From positions 1-55,881 of the forward strand of contig CALEZK010000602.1 of NCBI GenBank assembly GCA_937928585.1: 55,881 bases of DNA, read 5' to 3'. Made by a program: the position numbers and the translations under genes. The DNA comes from an uncultured bacterium (GTDB lineage Bacteria; Hydrogenedentota; Hydrogenedentia; Hydrogenedentales; SLHB01). Shown in pieces: positions 53,908 through 55,881 of the stretch. Under the pieces are notes generated by a model. That model was not told the DNA's origin and did no database searches. It saw only the letters and a list, made by a program, of their open reading frames with translations. How positions within the stretch are numbered: position 1 is the first letter of the stretch; the number at the start of each line of letters is the position of its first letter.

Positions 53908-54286
53908 CCGTTTCGTTGACTGTAAGCTCACTGGGCGCCGTGCTGTGGTTGATCGCGCATCCCGGCAGCAATTTGTTCCAAAATGGGGCGGTTCTGCCTG
54001 CTCTTGGCCTACGCCCTGGTTTGACTTGCTTTTCCTTCATGTGGCATCATCTGACCCAAATAAGAAGAAGAGGCGATTAAGCGTGAGAGACCCGCGCTGC
54101 ACCCCTGCTTAGGCACCGCGCGCGGCGATAAACGGATCCGAAGTATCGATCCGCCCCCACACGGTTTACACCTCCTGTTGTACGTTCTTATTGTGTGGTT
54201 CTAATTTTTGGAAACCGGACTATGCCCGAGAGTTGTGTGCGGCATGGCCTGTGTAGTTTGTCATCAAGCGAAAGGAAGATGGGGTC

Positions 54287-55285
54287 ATGGCTACCAAAGT
54301 AGGTATCAATGGATTCGGCCGTATCGGCCGTAACGTGTTCAAACTGTTGCTCGAGAATCCGGAGTTCGACTGCGAGGTAATCAACGACCTCACCGACCCG
54401 AAGACACTCGCGCACTTGCTCAAATACGACAGCACCAACGGCGTGTTCAAAGGCACGGTCACTTCGACGGAAGATTCGATCGTCGTGAACGGCAACACGA
54501 TCAAGATTTATAAGGAAAAGGACCCGACGAACATTCCGTGGGGCAAGCATGGCGTTGAACTGGTCGTCGAATCGACGGGCGTGTTCACTTCGAAAGAGAA
54601 GTGCATGATGCACATTACGGCGGGCGCGAAGAAGGTATTGCTGACAGTACCGCCGAAGGACGCAATCGACGCGGTCATCGTGATGGGCGTGAACGACAAC
54701 ACCTTGAAGGCATCGGACGTGGTTGTGTCGAACGCGAGCTGCACGACGAATTGCCTTGCGCCGATGGCGAAGGTCTTGCACGAGAGCTTCGGCATCAAGC
54801 GCGGTTGGATGACGACGATCCACGCGTACACCAACGATCAGCGGGTGCTCGACATGCCGCACAGCGACCTGCGCCGCACGCGCGCAGCCGCGGTCAACAT
54901 CATCCCCACGACGACGGGCGCGGCCCGCGCGGTGGGCGAAGTGTTGCCGGAACTGAAGGGCAAGCTGGACGGTATCGCGATGCGCGTTCCCGTGCCGGAT
55001 GGTTCGGTTACGGACCTTGTCGTCGAGTTGAACAAGCAGACAACGAAGGCGGACATCAACGCCGCGCTGAAGGCCGCGTCAGAAGGCGCGCTCAAGGGTA
55101 TCCTGATGTACACGGAAGACGAAATCGTCTCCAGCGACATCATTGGCAACCCGTTCTCGAGCATCATCGACGGCAAGCTCACGAACGTCATGGATGGCAA
55201 CTTCGCGAAGGTCGTGTCGTGGTATGACAACGAGTGGGGCTACTCGAACCGCTGCATCGATCTGCTGAAGAAAATGAAAGCCTAG
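54287..55285 (+). CDS. gap: type I glyceraldehyde-3-phosphate dehydrogenase
   Basis: Motifs are INGFGRIGR, the active site SNASCTTNCLAP, and the C-terminal WYDNEWGYS. Confidence 0.95.
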   Translation: MATKVGINGFGRIGRNVFKLLLENPEFDCEVINDLTDPKTLAHLLKYDSTNGVFKGTVTSTEDSIVVNGNTIKIYKEKDPTNIPWGKHGVELVVESTGVFTSKEKCMMHITAGAKKVLLTVPPKDAIDAVIVMGVNDNTLKASDVVVSNASCTTNCLAPMAKVLHESFGIKRGWMTTIHAYTNDQRVLDMPHSDLRRTRAAAVNIIPTTTGAARAVGEVLPELKGKLDGIAMRVPVPDGSVTDLVVELNKQTTKADINAALKAASEGALKGILMYTEDEIVSSDIIGNPFSSIIDGKLTNVMDGNFAKVVSWYDNEWGYSNRCIDLLKKMKA

Positions 55286-55298
55286 TAAAAGAAAGAAC

Positions 55299-55372
55299 CA
55301 CCACGAAGGCACGAAGAACACGAAGAATTGTGAAATGCCGAATTGCTTCGTGACCTTCGTGCCTTCGTGGTG
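55299..55372. repeat. REP-like composite palindrome built from CACGAAG heptamers
   Basis: CACCACGAAGGCACGAAG (55299-55316) pairs perfectly with CTTCGTGCCTTCGTGGTG (55355-55372). An inner CACGAAG/CTTCGTG pair lies between them. Each arm has three heptamer copies. It fills most of the gap-pgk spacer. Confidence 0.55.
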
Positions 55373-55381
55373 AAAACCAAT

Positions 55382-55881
55382 ATGAACAAACTGACCATTC
55401 AAGACCTCGACCTGAAGGGCAAGCGCGTTCTCATGCGCGTGGACTTCAACGTGCCGCAGAACAAGACCGACGGTTCGGTGCGCGACGACACGCGCATCCG
55501 CGCGGCATTGCAGAGCATTAATTACGTGCGCGAGAAGGGCGGCAAGCTGATTCTCATGTCGCACCTGGGCCGGCCGGAGAAGCCGGAGAAGGCCGAGAAC
55601 GAAGCGCAGAAGCAGGAGATGCTTGCGAAGAACGCGCTGTTGAAGATGGATCCGATCGCGGCGAAGTTAAAAGAACTCGTCGGCGGGAACGTCACGAAGG
55701 TGAACGATATTGTCGGGCCTGAAGTGGAAGCCGCGGTGAATGCGATGCAGCCCGGCGATATTGTCGTGCTGGAGAACACGCGCTTTCACAAGGGCGAGAC
55801 GAAAAACGACGAAGAACTTTCGAAGCAGCTTGCCGCGCTGGGCGATGTATACGTCAGCGATGCGTTTGGCAGTGTGCACCG
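55382..55881 (+). CDS. pgk: phosphoglycerate kinase (3' end outside the window)
   Basis: ATG is at 55382. The sequence reads LDLKGKRVLMRVDFNVP...DDTRIRAALQSI...LMSHLGRP...LENTRFH. The frame is open to the window end. Confidence 0.95.
   Translation, partial: MNKLTIQDLDLKGKRVLMRVDFNVPQNKTDGSVRDDTRIRAALQSINYVREKGGKLILMSHLGRPEKPEKAENEAQKQEMLAKNALLKMDPIAAKLKELVGGNVTKVNDIVGPEVEAAVNAMQPGDIVVLENTRFHKGETKNDEELSKQLAALGDVYVSDAFGSVH

Noticed and set aside
1-55881. Search by eye for tRNA, rRNA, tmRNA, riboswitch-like leaders, CRISPR repeats and integrase or att sites
   Set aside because: I saw no regularly spaced direct repeats, no cloverleaf-compatible segments in the intergenic regions, and no tyrosine or serine recombinase. 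tRNAscan-SE, Infernal/Rfam and a CRISPR finder should confirm this.

Overview
This is a 55.9-kb GC-rich bacterial chromosomal segment with about 60 protein-coding genes. I saw no rRNA, tRNA or CRISPR array by eye. Backbone genes I recognise are smg-topA, priA, hslV, gap-pgk, and carboxynorspermidine dehydrogenase and decarboxylase (norspermidine/spermidine route). Also present are a cobB-type sirtuin, flgM with a sigma-28-type promoter, a YvyF-like flagellar-operon zinc-ribbon protein, a PQQ dehydrogenase with an inserted c-type haem domain, and a hexahaem cytochrome c. The lineage cannot be fixed from the sequence alone. The gene content (DUF4838/PA14 lipoprotein, TAT-type amidohydrolase, RAYT/REP relics) only suggests an environmental, flagellated Gram-negative-type bacterium. 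Three lower-GC patches look accessory. (i) About 4.8-10.9 kb is a decayed mobile-DNA island. It holds a HigA-type antitoxin with a toxin stub, a RAYT relic, three orphan ORFs, an IS5-family element whose transposase carries a nonsense codon, and a RAYT gene with an in-frame TAG. (ii) About 32.2-33.5 kb carries one orphan membrane protein. (iii) 42.7-44.0 kb carries a RelE/ParE toxin-antitoxin pair plus a membrane protein sitting inside the polyamine operon. The most interesting locus is 14.44-21.53 kb. A near-consensus sigma-70 promoter is followed by two small paralogous peptide genes that share an N-terminal leader-like segment. Seven translationally coupled genes follow: three tandem GNAT acetyltransferases, a CPBP intramembrane protease, an ABC ATPase, an ABC-2 permease, and a radical-SAM/SPASM-like protein fused to a fourth GNAT domain. 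That last protein has no CX3CX2C motif and an incomplete SPASM cysteine set. I read the locus as a candidate peptide-modification/export (RiPP- or bacteriocin-like) system of a type I do not recognise. This is a hypothesis. All family assignments come from reading the translations and from memory; no database search was run.
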